The notes under the pieces: generated by a model
What the model was told of the DNA's origin: nothing
The model's input: only the letters and a program-made list of their open reading frames with translations
Databases searched by the model: none
Translations under genes and position numbers: made by a program
Part shown: one piece after another, positions 9,489 through 20,786 of the stretch
Numbering within the stretch: the first letter of the stretch is position 1
Layout of the letters: each line of letters opens with the position of its first letter
Assembly (NCBI RefSeq): GCF_006345805.1
Contig: NC_042999.1
Location: forward strand, 149,730,001 to 149,794,000
DNA: 64,000 nt
Direction of reading: 5' to 3'
Origin: Octopus sinensis
Lineage: Eukaryota

Positions 9489-11867
9489 AACAAGTCATGT
9501 ATTTGGTAGTGAGAGGATTAGGTAAAATAGTTTGACAGCCAGCTGAGAATCAGTACTGTGTTACATCTATGACTGTAACAGTTAATAATTCAAATGGTTC
9601 AGGCCACTCAGCTGTAAATACTGCAGGGAGGAACAACTTCCTAGACCAACAAGCACCAACACAGTTGATGTGATGAGTAATTAGGTTTCCTGTACTTAGT
9701 TTGAAAAAAAAAATCACTAGCCCTGGTAGATCAGAATCCTATCCTAGTGAGAATTTTTCTCTCATCATCATATGGATCATTACGATTTGGAAAAGGACGG
9801 TATTTTTTATCTCCCATCACATTGTCTACTACTATAAGGCCTGAAACCAATAAACCAGGTCTTGTAATTAGTTGATGGGTAAGAGTTTTAGCTAAGACAG
9901 TCCCAGATTGTCAGATAGGGAGAATCCTTGTAAAGGGTTACCTTCGAGAAGTTGTTTTGGATTTCATTCAGATATATAATCACATTTCTAGTGAGACAAC
10001 TCCAATAGTAGTTCTTAAATACGAATAAATCACACTACAATTCTTGATCTAGAGAAGGTCTTTGAGTAGATTTGTTAATCCACAATGCCCTTTAGGTGCA
10101 GGAGCTATTAAGCTGTAACCAAAACTAAAAATTTCATGTATTTTCATCTGTTCACTATGTCTCATCCTCTTTCCCAGTGAAGGCACATGGCTTGTTGGTT
10201 AAGGTATTTAGCTCACTATCATAAGATCATGAGTTTGATTTCCTGCAATGCACTGTGTCCTAGAGCAAGATAATTTATTTCACGTTACCCCTGTTAACTC
10301 AGCTGGTAGGAATGAGTAGCACCTGTATTTCAAAGGGCCAGCTTTGTCACATTTTGTTTCATGCTGAATCTTCCTGATATCTATGTTAAGGGTGTGCATG
10401 TCTGTGGAGTGCTCAGCCACTTGTACATTGATTTCACAAGCAGGCTGTTGTGTTGTTCGGATCAACTGGAACATTTTGTCCTTGTAACTGACGGAGTGTC
10501 AATCCTCACTCCCTTTTATTCATAATTTTTCAGGCAATAGCACAAGTTTTCTTAGCTGGATGCCTCTCAGAATAATGAGTTGGCTCTTTCTTTGTAAGAT
10601 CTGTAGAGTGATTTTGAATCCCAAAAGAATGGTCTGTCTAAAAGCCAAACAACTGGTTAGTAAAAAATGGCTTCCATGTTGATGGCATGTAAAAAGCACC
10701 ATTTGAGCGTGATCATTACCAGCGTCGCCTTACTGGCACTTGTGCTGGTAGCATGTGAAAAAGCATTCGAGCAAGGTCATTCCCAGTGCCGCCTGACTAG
10801 CCCTCGTGCCGGTAGCACGTAAAAGCACCCACTATACTCTAGGAGTGGTTGGCGTTAGGAAGGGCATCCAGCTGTAGAAACTCTGCCAGATCAGATTGGA
10901 GCCTGGTGCAGCCATCTGGTTCGCCAGACCTCAGTCAAATCGTCCAACCCATGCTAGCATGGAAAGCAGACGTTAAATGATGATGATGATGATGTAGAAA
11001 ACCCCAATGCCATCTGGGATTGTCTACATTCCAAGTTCTCTCTTATTCCTCTCTTCGATATCCAACAATCTAACAAAGTCATTTCCCATTTATTTCTTAT
11101 CTAAGAGAAAAGTAAGATCTTAAATACTCTGAATTCAGTATAAACAAAGAGCCATCATCCACTTTTCCATGTTTGCATGGATCAGACAGAATTCATTGAT
11201 TTTTTTTTTGGTCACTTGACCTTGCTGAAAGCAACCTCACCTGTGTCCAAGCAAATTAATATTTCTTGATGGCCAAACAAGTTTTCATGGAAGATTGGAA
11301 ATGAATGACACTGTTTGCATGATGGTGATAACTCTTTTACAATTATTGCAAAATATCATGAAAGCACTAATACATGCATACTATCATCATTTAACATCTG
11401 TTTTCCATGCTGGCATGGATTAGGTTTTACAAGAGCTGGCAAGCCAGAGGGATGCAGCAAATTCCAGTCGCCTGTTTTGGCATGGTTTCTATGGCTAGAT
11501 ACCCTTCCTAATGTCAACCACTTTACAGTGTGTACTGGATGCTTCTCACCGTTTCCATTTCTCAAGACTTTGGCTGATCCTAGACTATAGTAGAAGACAC
11601 TTGCCCAAGGTGCTATGCAGTGGGACTCAACTCAAAACCACAACTTAGATTGAACTTAACCTTGCAGCCATGCTTGTACCTACAGTATACCAGAGAATCA
11701 TTTGGGCTGTCTGATAGACTGAGAAACAATGCTTCTGATAAAAATCTATGAGCTACTGTAGTTACAACATCGGATGATGTCTTTGATTGTTACTCTTTGG
11801 TTGGACACCATTATCTTCTCTATCATTTCCTTTATTTATATTTGATCTTTTTTCTTATTACCCATAG

Positions 11868-11931
11868 TAACTGCCATGAAGAAAATTACAGAAATTCGAC
11901 AAAGACGACATGATCAATTTATTCTAAACAG
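11868..11931 (+). CDS. RSL24D1: RSL24D1 exon 3
   Basis: Acceptor cccatag; (I)TAMKKITEIRQRRHDQFILN(R); donor gtaact; 64 nt. Confidence 0.96.
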
Positions 11932-12118
11932 GTAACTGATTCACTTCATAATTATTTGTCTTTTGCATGACTAAACATACCCCAGAGTTATTTATCATGG
12001 ACTATATTTAACAATCATAACTTTAATAAGAATCTGTCCTCCAAATTTATAACTGTTTTATTAATCACATCAAAATTACTTCAGTATATTTTATTGTTTT
12101 CAATGTTATCTTTTATAG

Positions 12119-12204
12119 ATTACAGAAAGGCAAAGAGTTGCGGAAAGAAGCTGCTATCCGTGAGGTTAAGCAGTATATCCACCTTGTCAAATCTCCTTGT
12201 GCAA
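12119..12204 (+). CDS. RSL24D1: RSL24D1 exon 4
   Basis: Acceptor ttttatag; LQKGKELRKEAAIREVKQYIHLVKSPCA; donor gtaagt; 86 nt. Confidence 0.96.
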
Positions 12205-12361
12205 GTAAGTGATGCATTTTATTATTTTCATTACTCAATATATCAGATTATGGGCTCCACTGATGTCAGGTTTTTTTTAATGTTGGCTGTAAAACAATGG
12301 TTTGAGAATTTGTTGGGTTCCCATGTTATGTTCTTAAAGAACTTCTGGCTATTATGTAGAA

Positions 12362-12710
12362 CATGAAGAATGAATGGGAGGAGGAGAGCCTGCCAAATGT
12401 TGACCCAGTAGAGGGACCAGCTATCTGAATAGACAGCACCCTGGTAGATAAAACAAGAGTATAATAAAGCCAGGAAAAGCCCCCAACACATCAGGAATCA
12501 CTGCTGAGATGCTTAAAACATCTGGTGGTGTGGGCTATGGCCTAGTCATCCATATTGTAAACCAGGTAGTTCATGATGGAGTCATACCCAATGACTGGAA
12601 TAGCAGCACCATAGTCACATGCTACAAGAGTAAAGGTGCAGGCTTCTGCCTGGGTGGGTCCTGTCAAACCATGCCAACATGGTAGATGGACGTTAAACGA
12701 TGATGATAGC
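12362..12710 (+). mobile_element. RTE-clade LINE reverse-transcriptase N-terminal fragment joined to a family-B-type 3' tail
   Basis: Reads EEESLPNVDPVEGPAI...KPGKAPNTSGITAEMLKTSGG...GVIPNDWNSSTIVTCYKSKG, then ccatgccaacatggtagatggacgttaaacgatgatgat. Confidence 0.75.
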
Positions 12711-12974
12711 GTTGGCTTTAAACTCCTGTGGTGGCTTTCTAACAGTTGCTTTGTTTCATGTTGATTTTTATATTGGACATATGTGACTATGGTGTGCTAA
12801 CACTTTCGTCATTAGCTTAGAGAGATTCTGCTTTTAGAAGGTGGGGAAGAAGGCCTGTATTGGGTTATATAGTTATATAGATGTGAAAGAAGTGCATTAC
12901 CGACACCCCAATGTTTTCAAAAGAAATTTATTTACTAAAATCAATTCTAATGAATGAAATTGTTTTCTCTTCAG

Positions 12975-13048
12975 ACAAAGCAAGCAAAATGGAAAGAGAA
13001 TTACTGGAAGAAGTCAAAGACAAAGAGGCACCAATGCAGGCAGAGTAA
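12975..13048 (+). CDS. RSL24D1: RSL24D1 exon 5 (to stop)
   Basis: Acceptor ttctcttcag; (N)KASKMERELLEEVKDKEAPMQAE*; 74 nt. Total CDS is 492 nt = 163 aa plus stop. Confidence 0.93.
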
Positions 13049-13074
13049 ACAATTATGTATTATTGTTTCCTTCA

Positions 13075-13210
13075 AAATAAAGAATTTATGTATTATAATC
13101 CTGAGTGTTTATTATGGTCTATATGTGTGTATATTGCAGTCTTATATTAGTTATTATGGGCTTTTGTATTATTTTCTTTTTAGTTCTTTAGTTTGTTTGT
13201 CTCATTAAAG
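13075..13210 (+). terminator. Candidate polyadenylation signals of RSL24D1
   Basis: AATAAA near 13076-13081 and ATTAAA near 13204-13209, followed by a T-rich tract. Confidence 0.5.
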
Positions 13211-15103
13211 TTTCAAATTCACTCATCAATTTGGCTTTTTTTTTTTTACTTCATTTACATATGTTTTCTGTGTTCCTTATTGCTTCCATCATTATGTATT
13301 TGAGATGGAAAGTACAGCAAAATGCTAAAAGAAACACATCTCGGCACATGCGTGATTGTGTGATTAAGAAGGAAGCTTCTTAACCACACTTGGTTTCAAA
13401 TTCAGTCCCTTTGCATGGCAAATTGATTAAATATCTTCTGTAGCTGTGGGCCAACTAAACCAAAATCTTGTGAATAGATTTAATAGACAAACTGAAAGAA
13501 ACGTGTGTGTATTCAAATTTATACTTCTCTGGAATTTGCTGGACTTCAAGAGGTGATTTAGTGTCGTTTCCCCTCCCAACAAATTATTTTCTGGTTTTGT
13601 ACCTTCGGGGCCGTCTTAGGCTGGACGACTTGCTCAGTGCTTCAGTATTTTTCATCTAACTCATGGTAGCAATGAATAACTATATCAGTGACAAAAAAAA
13701 AAATCCCTGGTTGTTGAAATATAAATGTTTAACAGTCAAAACTTTAAATTGCGACAGTAACATCATCAGTCCCATTACCCATTTCCTACAAATATAAAAT
13801 AGTAACAACTCTGATCACTTTATCCAGGAAATTATACTAGGAATAGACTATATCGTTTTTGTATTTGGCTTGCAAGATTGATGTGAACTTGTGTGCTGAA
13901 GCAGTTTTTTTTCTTTTTGTTTTTTGCTTATAAGAATATATATATATGCCAATCATTTACGCGCGCAACTGTTCCTATATCCCTTCTATTGTTACTAGTT
14001 AATCATTTAACCAAAGTAACGAATAGAGTGTTTGATTAATAGTTTGGAATGTCAAGGATATTTATAGCGAATTTGGAAATTATACTATAAACAAACCTTG
14101 AAGAAAGTTGTTCCCCTTGCATATACTTTAATAATTTTTTGTTGACCGGTGGTTCTCAACTGAGGTCCATGTAAGATTTTGTTAAAATTTGTATACAATA
14201 AATTGCCTATACAATACATAAAATATTCTAACGACTTTTTTATATACACAATTCCTAATAATATTTAATCATAAAAATACAATAGGATATTTTTTAAATA
14301 TCGAATGATTCTGTGGATCCATCCTAGTAAAATAGGAATCGAAGAGATCCCAGCAATTTTGAGGTTAAGGCATAAACGGATAACAAACCAGCCCAGTATT
14401 TTACTGGTCCTTTATTCATCGAAAGTGTAGGGATGAAAAGTAAAGTTGAGCTCAGAATGGAAAGAGCTGGAACAAATACTGCAAAGCAGTTTCTTTCCCC
14501 CCGACACTCTAACGATTCTGCTGACAACTCAGCTTTTTTATAAGATCTTTGCGAGTCAGCTCTTTTCGTAATGTTTCATGAAATATTTCCTGGAAATGAA
14601 TGAAGGTAAGAATATACTATATCTCTTTTCCGTTTCTAAGTTTAGGTCACTTGTCTGATCAATCGCTTCTATTTTACTCGTCTACAGAAGAGCAATATCC
14701 AGTCATTTGTTTAGGATAGACTTTCCTGGTAAGGGGAAGAAAGAAGTGAATTTAGTATGGTTAAAACAACTTTATATGGGTAAAATTGGTTGATTTGAAT
14801 CATCCATTTAATGAGTTTCAGATTTGGCTCTGAATGAGAAAGATTAATATTTTTTTATGGAAGGCGCAGGTATAGCTCTGAAGTAAGTTTTCTTCCAGGT
14901 TGAATCCCACTGCTTGACAACTTTGGCTCACTCACCAAGATAAATATTTCGTTTAAATTGACATCTTTTTTCTTATATCATAAAAATTAATCAGAGTTAT
15001 CTACCTTGCACCGGTCTCGTTTTATTTATTATTTATTTACATCTACTGTGTCAATGCTACTTCTTGACCAGGATCCGCGAGTCTTAAATATCTATTTCTT
15101 TAC

Positions 15104-15313
15104 TACCAACAATGGGTTAAACACAGAGGGGACAGACAGACGGGTTAAGTCGATTATATCGACCCCAGTGCGTAACTGGTTTCTTCCAGGTCGACCCCGA
15201 AAGGATGAAAGGCAAAGTCGACCTTGGCGGAATTTGAACTCAGAACGTAACGGCAGACGAAATACCGGTAAGCATTTCGCCTGGTGTGCTAACGTTTCTG
15301 CCAGCTCGCCGCC
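15104..15313 (-). mobile_element. SINE family A copy. Additional partial copies at ~14380-14525, 17710-17900, 18690-18985, 28258-28470, 28845-28990, 30040-30290, 38242-38630, 41810-42000, 47978-48470, 59695-59890
   Basis: Same core and tail as 3194-3443. Confidence 0.8.
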
Positions 15314-15455
15314 TTTTCACTATAGACCTTAATAGTCGTAAAGGCACTATATCTGTGGATAGACTAAAATAAGTCCATCATAGAGAAAACTGTTCCTGTT
15401 CCCACTGCAGACGAGACGGACACACGGCATTACAAACACGGTCCGCACACACACC
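15314..15455 (+). mobile_element. Ty3/Gypsy integrase C-terminal remnant (inverted copy of 16548-16685)
   Basis: Reads FTIDLNSRKGTISVDRLK*; reverse-complement match to 16548-16685. Confidence 0.7.
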
Positions 15456-16360
15456 TTCACATTTAATGTCCATTTTCTATACTGGCATAGGTTGGGCGGT
15501 TTGTCAGGATCTAGCAAACCACAAAAGTGCATCGAACTCCAGTGTCAGCCTTGGCATGGTTTATACGGCCGGATGCCTTTCCTGTTGCCAAAGACTTCAT
15601 AGAGTGTACTGAGTGAAAGCTCGTGTCTTTGTGGTTAGAGTCTTTGGCTGACGATTGTAAGACCGTGATTTCGATCCCTGGCGGTACGTTGTGTCTTTGA
15701 GCAAGATACACGTTGCTCCAGACTGCTCGGCTTGCAAAAATGAGTTGTATTTCAAAGGGTCAGCCTAGTCACATTCTGTGTCGTCCTGAATCATCCTGAG
15801 AAATATGTTAACAGTACTCGTATCTGTGGAGTACTCAGCCACTTGCACGTTAATTCCATGAGCTGGTTGTTCTGTTGACTGGAACATTCATCGCTGTAAC
15901 CGACAGAGTGCCGGTTATTAGAGAATGGCAGGTGCTTTTTTTTTTTTTTTTTCCGTGCCACCGACACTTAAGCCTAAATAATCATTTCGACATGTTCGAG
16001 AGATATTTTATAGATAATTCACTTTTTAAACAAAAATTATCTGATTGTCTTTCATGAAACCGACTTACGTTATGAACAAGTTCCCGTACGAGGAGTTTAT
16101 TAGATCGTTTGCATATTTCTTGTTATCAATAAGGAAAATTAATTCTAACGTGAGTGAAGACTCACTTGAGACTGGCTTTGTGTCTGTTCTTCTTTCAAAA
16201 TTCAAAATACAAACCAAAGTTATGATACTCCCTGATGAAAAATATATCACATAGAGACATCTGTTTATAAATATACTTTCTACGGTACTAGGTTACTTTT
16301 CAAATTATTTTATACATATTTAGCATTGTAAATGTATTTTTTCAAAATTCTTACTATTTT

Positions 16361-17355
16361 AACAAGAGCACAAACCTCCGCCAAGCAATACCAACGTCCT
16401 CTTAACGATTAGCCGGAAATTATTTTTAAAATGAGAATATCTGGAATAAACCGATCGCTCTCAAAAATTAAGTTTAAAAAAAAAACGGAAAAATAATCCA
16501 GAATCCTTGTCCGGTACCTGATCGATAGACATGGAATGGTGCAAGTGGGTGTGCGGGTCGTGTTTGTAATGCCGTGTGTTCGTTTCGTCTACAGTGGGAA
16601 CAGAGACAGTTTTCTCTATGATGGCCTTTTTTAGTCTATCCACTGATATAGTGCCTTTACGACCATTAAGGTCTACAGTGAAAAATGTATCCGTGCGTGA
16701 AAGAAAACGGAAAGGACCTGCATACGGTGCTGTTAACGGAGGTTTAACAACATCGCTGAGCACAAAAACCTGAGTCCAAGAAGTAAAGCTTCCTTCAAGG
16801 CAGAGCGAGAGATGCAATTGTCAAGTAGGTAAGAGGTTCTAAACAGGAGCGATATATTAAAAATTGGTAAAACTAAAAATTGTCGAGGATAAATTAAATT
16901 TATTATTGTTACTGAATATGTGTTATTTAATTTCTGAATGGTTTTGCTGCCATTTGTTTATATAGTTTGATTTCTTTATCTATCAGTTTCTACTAAGATA
17001 GAGACACGAGTAAAATTAATAATAGAGAAATGAAAATAAAACTTTGGAAACAGCGAACCGCCATAATATTACGTGAAAACCATAAGCGTGCTTTCAAGGG
17101 AGATAATCGGAGAAACACTTGAAAGTCAACGTAAGATCGTAATACTTCATGTAAAATAAAGTAAATATAGCAAATAATCCAGAATACTTGTCCGGTACCA
17201 GATCGATCCCAAAATCTAATCAGTTCGTGCCAGTCACGAGGCCAAGCATCCCTGGAAGTTTCATCCGAATCCATCCAGCGGTTCTTGAGATATCTTGTCT
17301 ACGGACAAACACAACTGAAAATAGTGCCTCTGCCTTCGCTAAGGTGGAGGTAATA
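16361..17355 (+). mobile_element. Non-autonomous Helentron-like (HINE/DINE-type) element split by an internal insert
   Basis: 5' subterminal cctccgcc (16375-16382) and 3' hairpin cctctgcc-ttcgctaa-ggtggagg (17327-17350). A 36-bp segment is duplicated at 16491-16526 and 17172-17207. Confidence 0.5.
16530..16820 (-). mobile_element. Ty3/Gypsy integrase C-terminal (GPY/F) fragment
   Basis: ORF 16461-16817 reads QVFVLSDVVKPPLTAPYAGPFRFLSRTDTFFTVDLNGRKGTISVDRLKKA. Confidence 0.8.
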
Positions 17356-19172
17356 ATAAGAAAACCATATAATAATTAACATACATGCGTAGATCAGCCA
17401 CCAAAGTAAATTTGTTCACGTAGACCACACGGAAAGTAGCACTAACACAAAATAAACTAAAAACCAACCTAAAGTAATCTCCCTTTAAATTGTGGATCAC
17501 ACGGCAAAGTGACGCGTGTGAATTTAGAGCTGGTTTCTTGTAAAAATGTAACTGCCTTCTGGTTTCTTGTAAAAATGCAATTACCTTCGTCTCGTCGCTG
17601 ATCACATTGTAAAAAATCTTTAGCCAACATCTTACAGGTTTTTAGAAATTGAAAAGTAAACTAAAAAGTAATCTCCCTTGTAGATCACACGACAAAGTAG
17701 CACCCTTTTCACTATAGGCGCAAGGCCTGAAATTTTGCAGGTAGGGACTAGTCGACTGTATTGACTTCAGTGCTCGACTGATACTTATTTGATCGACCTC
17801 GTAAGGATGAAAGGCAAACTCTGATCGTAAACCCGGAAAAAATGCTGCCGAGCATTTTGTCCAACGTGCTAACGACTCTGCCAACACGTCGCCTTCATCT
17901 GTTTATAAATATAGCATGTCATTTAGCTTCGGATCAGCTCTGTTCAACTAGACGAATATTTAAAGGTATTTCTGTTGAGGAATAGGCCTTGGACCTTTTC
18001 TAAATAATACGCGAACTGAATGCCATGGTCTGCCATTGACCCATGCAAGCATGGAAAATGATGGTGGTGATGACGATGATGATGATGATGATGATCAGTT
18101 GCTGTCTTTTGTTTTATCTATTGTTATCATTTTATAAATTTTCTTTTCTATTTTTATTTATTTATTTATTTTTGCTTACCTAATACGTTGATGGAAATGG
18201 TGGATACACGGGGAAACTTTTATATGTAGGATGTGCAATATACAGGCAGGCAGGGAATAAATGTGAAAAACAAAATCAAAAACTCAAAAGTGAGCCATTA
18301 CAAAAAGAATTTGGCAATTATATTATTCAACGTGTTCTTCGTTTTATAAAAACAGTGCGTATGACTTGAGGAAATATTGACTGCTTTTTCTAGCAAGATG
18401 AGTTACTACATAGAGCAGGCGCATGGGTAACGTTTTTGCGAGAAACGGGCTGCATAAGACGTGGAGTAGAAAGTCCCGCAAGTTGGCCATGACTGACATA
18501 AAAGCACCTCCGTTGGTTTAAAATATAGTGTGTATCTAGATCCAATGAGGAAGAAGGTCAGATGGACAATACAGAGTCATTAGTAATTAGGAAATAAATT
18601 AACCATTCACCCAATAATTAATGTAAGGTAGACAACCTTCTACTATTATGTCAAGGTGACGAGAAAAAAAACTGTTTTGCGGTATTTGTTGCGACTCTTT
18701 ACGTTGTGATTTCAAACCCCGCCTAAGTTACTTTGCCGTTCATCCCTCCGGGGTCGGTATAGTAATATAAAGCACCAATCTAAGTACTAGTGTTGATGGT
18801 ATCGACTAATCCCCGCCCTTCAGAATTGCTAGCCTTGTACCTAAATCAGAAACTATTAAAAGCTGCGAGTTGGCAGGATCGTTAGATTGTCAGATGAAAT
18901 ACCGTGCAGCATTTTTCTTGTTTCTTCTTGTTTTGAGTTCAATTCTCACCGGAGTCAACTTTGCCTTTCATCCCACCGAGATCGATGATATCAACTAACC
19001 CCGCTCTCCTCGGAATTAACGGCTTGTGTTTATATTTGAAATAATTTTTATAAAAAGCTCTCCACAACTTTCGTTCTTTTAAGGTGAAGGGATATGAAAT
19101 TAATGGTGTAGCATAGCCACGGGTGAAATTCCTCTCACCCATTTATTATATATACGTGCATTCCAACGTAGC

Positions 19173-19626
19173 AAGAAACAGCTAGCCTTTTCTAAGGTGG
19201 CGAGCTGGCAGAATCGTTAATACGCCGGACGAAATGTTCAGCGGTATTTTGTCTGCCGTTATGTTCTGAGTTCAAATTCCGCCGAGGTCGACTTTGCCTT
19301 TCATCCTTTCGGGGTCGATTAAATAAGTACCAGTTACGCACTGGGGTCGATATAATCGACTTAATCCGTTTGTCTTCCTTGCTTGTCCTCTCTGTGTTTA
19401 GCCCCTTGTGGGCAATAAAGAAATATGTATTTCGTCTGCCGCTACGTTCTGAGTTCAAATACTGCCGAGGTCGACTGTGACATTCATCCTTTCAGGGTCG
19501 ATAAATTAAGTACCAATTATGCACTGGGGTCGATGTAATCGACTTAATCCCTTTGTCTGTCCTTGTTTGTCCCCTCTATGTTTAGCTCCTTGTGGGCAAT
19601 AAAGAAATAAGAAACAGCTAGCCTTT
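19173..19626 (+). mobile_element. Dimeric SINE family A (full unit plus head-less unit) with 18-bp TSD
   Basis: TSD aagaaacagctagccttt at 19173-19190 and 19609-19626. The second unit starts gtatttcgtctgccgctacg at ~19427. Confidence 0.85.
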
Positions 19627-20340
19627 GGCCGCTATTTGGATCACGTTGTGTCCACTATTCTGATTGGTTGGCATTGGCGCAATTTGTTCCCTACTCGGTT
19701 GTGCCAACTTGCCGCGGACAACTAGTCAGAGGCACTAATTAGGATCACGTGGAACAACCTGTTTACTACTCTGTTTTAACCTACAGTTCCTTATAAAAAC
19801 TCAGCTTTTCTTCGCTTCGGGTCTTTGTTTCTAGACATTATAAGGTCTAGCCACCGAAGGCGAAGACACAGCCAGTTCCAGCGACAACATTATTACCAAA
19901 GTAGTTACGTTGAGACTTACCAACTTCGTCACCATGATATTCAACAGTATTGCGGCAACCTCCTTCTTCGTCGCCACTATCATGTCCTTCTTAATGTCGT
20001 CAACATTATCTCTCTACGTACACAGCTTAGCAAGAAATTCACCCAGGTTCCAACAGTTCACTGTTCGTGAAGTATTTCACAGCGAATATACAACCTGCAT
20101 TAACTGTACCAAGTGACCCAGGCAGCAGCATCACAGCCACTTCACGTACTACATGTACCTGTAACCGGCTCAGCATTATAGCCATGACTCCTTGATACAG
20201 TATTTCAACTACCGTGTACGATTGATTACGAACTGGTATTATTATCTTTCTTGTGGCTATGAACTTACGTCTCACTTCGATGGCTCATGGACACCTTCAC
20301 TCTCTTCTTTTTATTGCCATCCTTATCTGTACTTAACACG
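19627..20340 (+). mobile_element. LTR-like or promoter-bearing repeat, family unassigned
   Basis: ATTGG twice (19663, 19673), CACGTG (19746), TATAAAAA (19792). No coding motif was recognised and the termini are unresolved. Confidence 0.35.
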
Positions 20341-20395
20341 CATACATCTATGCATACACACACACATACATTTTGTTCTTATCAATTTATCAATT

Positions 20396-20786
20396 TACTG
20401 GCAGTATCGCCCGGCGTTGCTCGGGTTTGTTTCGACCCTTTAGAATTGTAATTTTTGAAAAGTAAAAATTTTGCATTATGTAGCTTGTTATTCTCTTTAA
20501 GTGAACATTTTTCTGGTTGAAATACACCGAAAAATGGCGACAGAGCAGTCAAAAAATCGTAAAAAATAGGGATTTTCATAGAAAAAAAAGCACCTTTTTT
20601 ATGTAAATAATTTTTGGTGTTAACATGGTCCGATTTGAATTTTTTCTTCTACAGAAGGAAGAGCAAGCCTTCTTCTATCATACTCTCAATTTTGGTCAAC
20701 TTGTGCCGCAGGGTCTCGGAAGAGATAATGTTAGTTGAAGGCTACCAAACCTGCCATACACAGACAACTTTAGCTTTATATAGAGA
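20396..20786 (+). mobile_element. Non-autonomous Helitron-like element (Lep1-like organisation)
   Basis: Starts t|actggcagtatcgcccggcgttgctcggg with a cccg/cggg 5' hairpin; ends cagacaactttagctttatatag. Confidence 0.5.

Noticed and set aside
9670-9780. GTGATGA box-C-like motif suggesting an intronic snoRNA
   Set aside because: There is no matching CTGA box D or terminal stem at a suitable distance.
19825-20275. Overlapping ORFs of 68-81 aa
   Set aside because: No domain signature; they lie within the LTR-like repeat.
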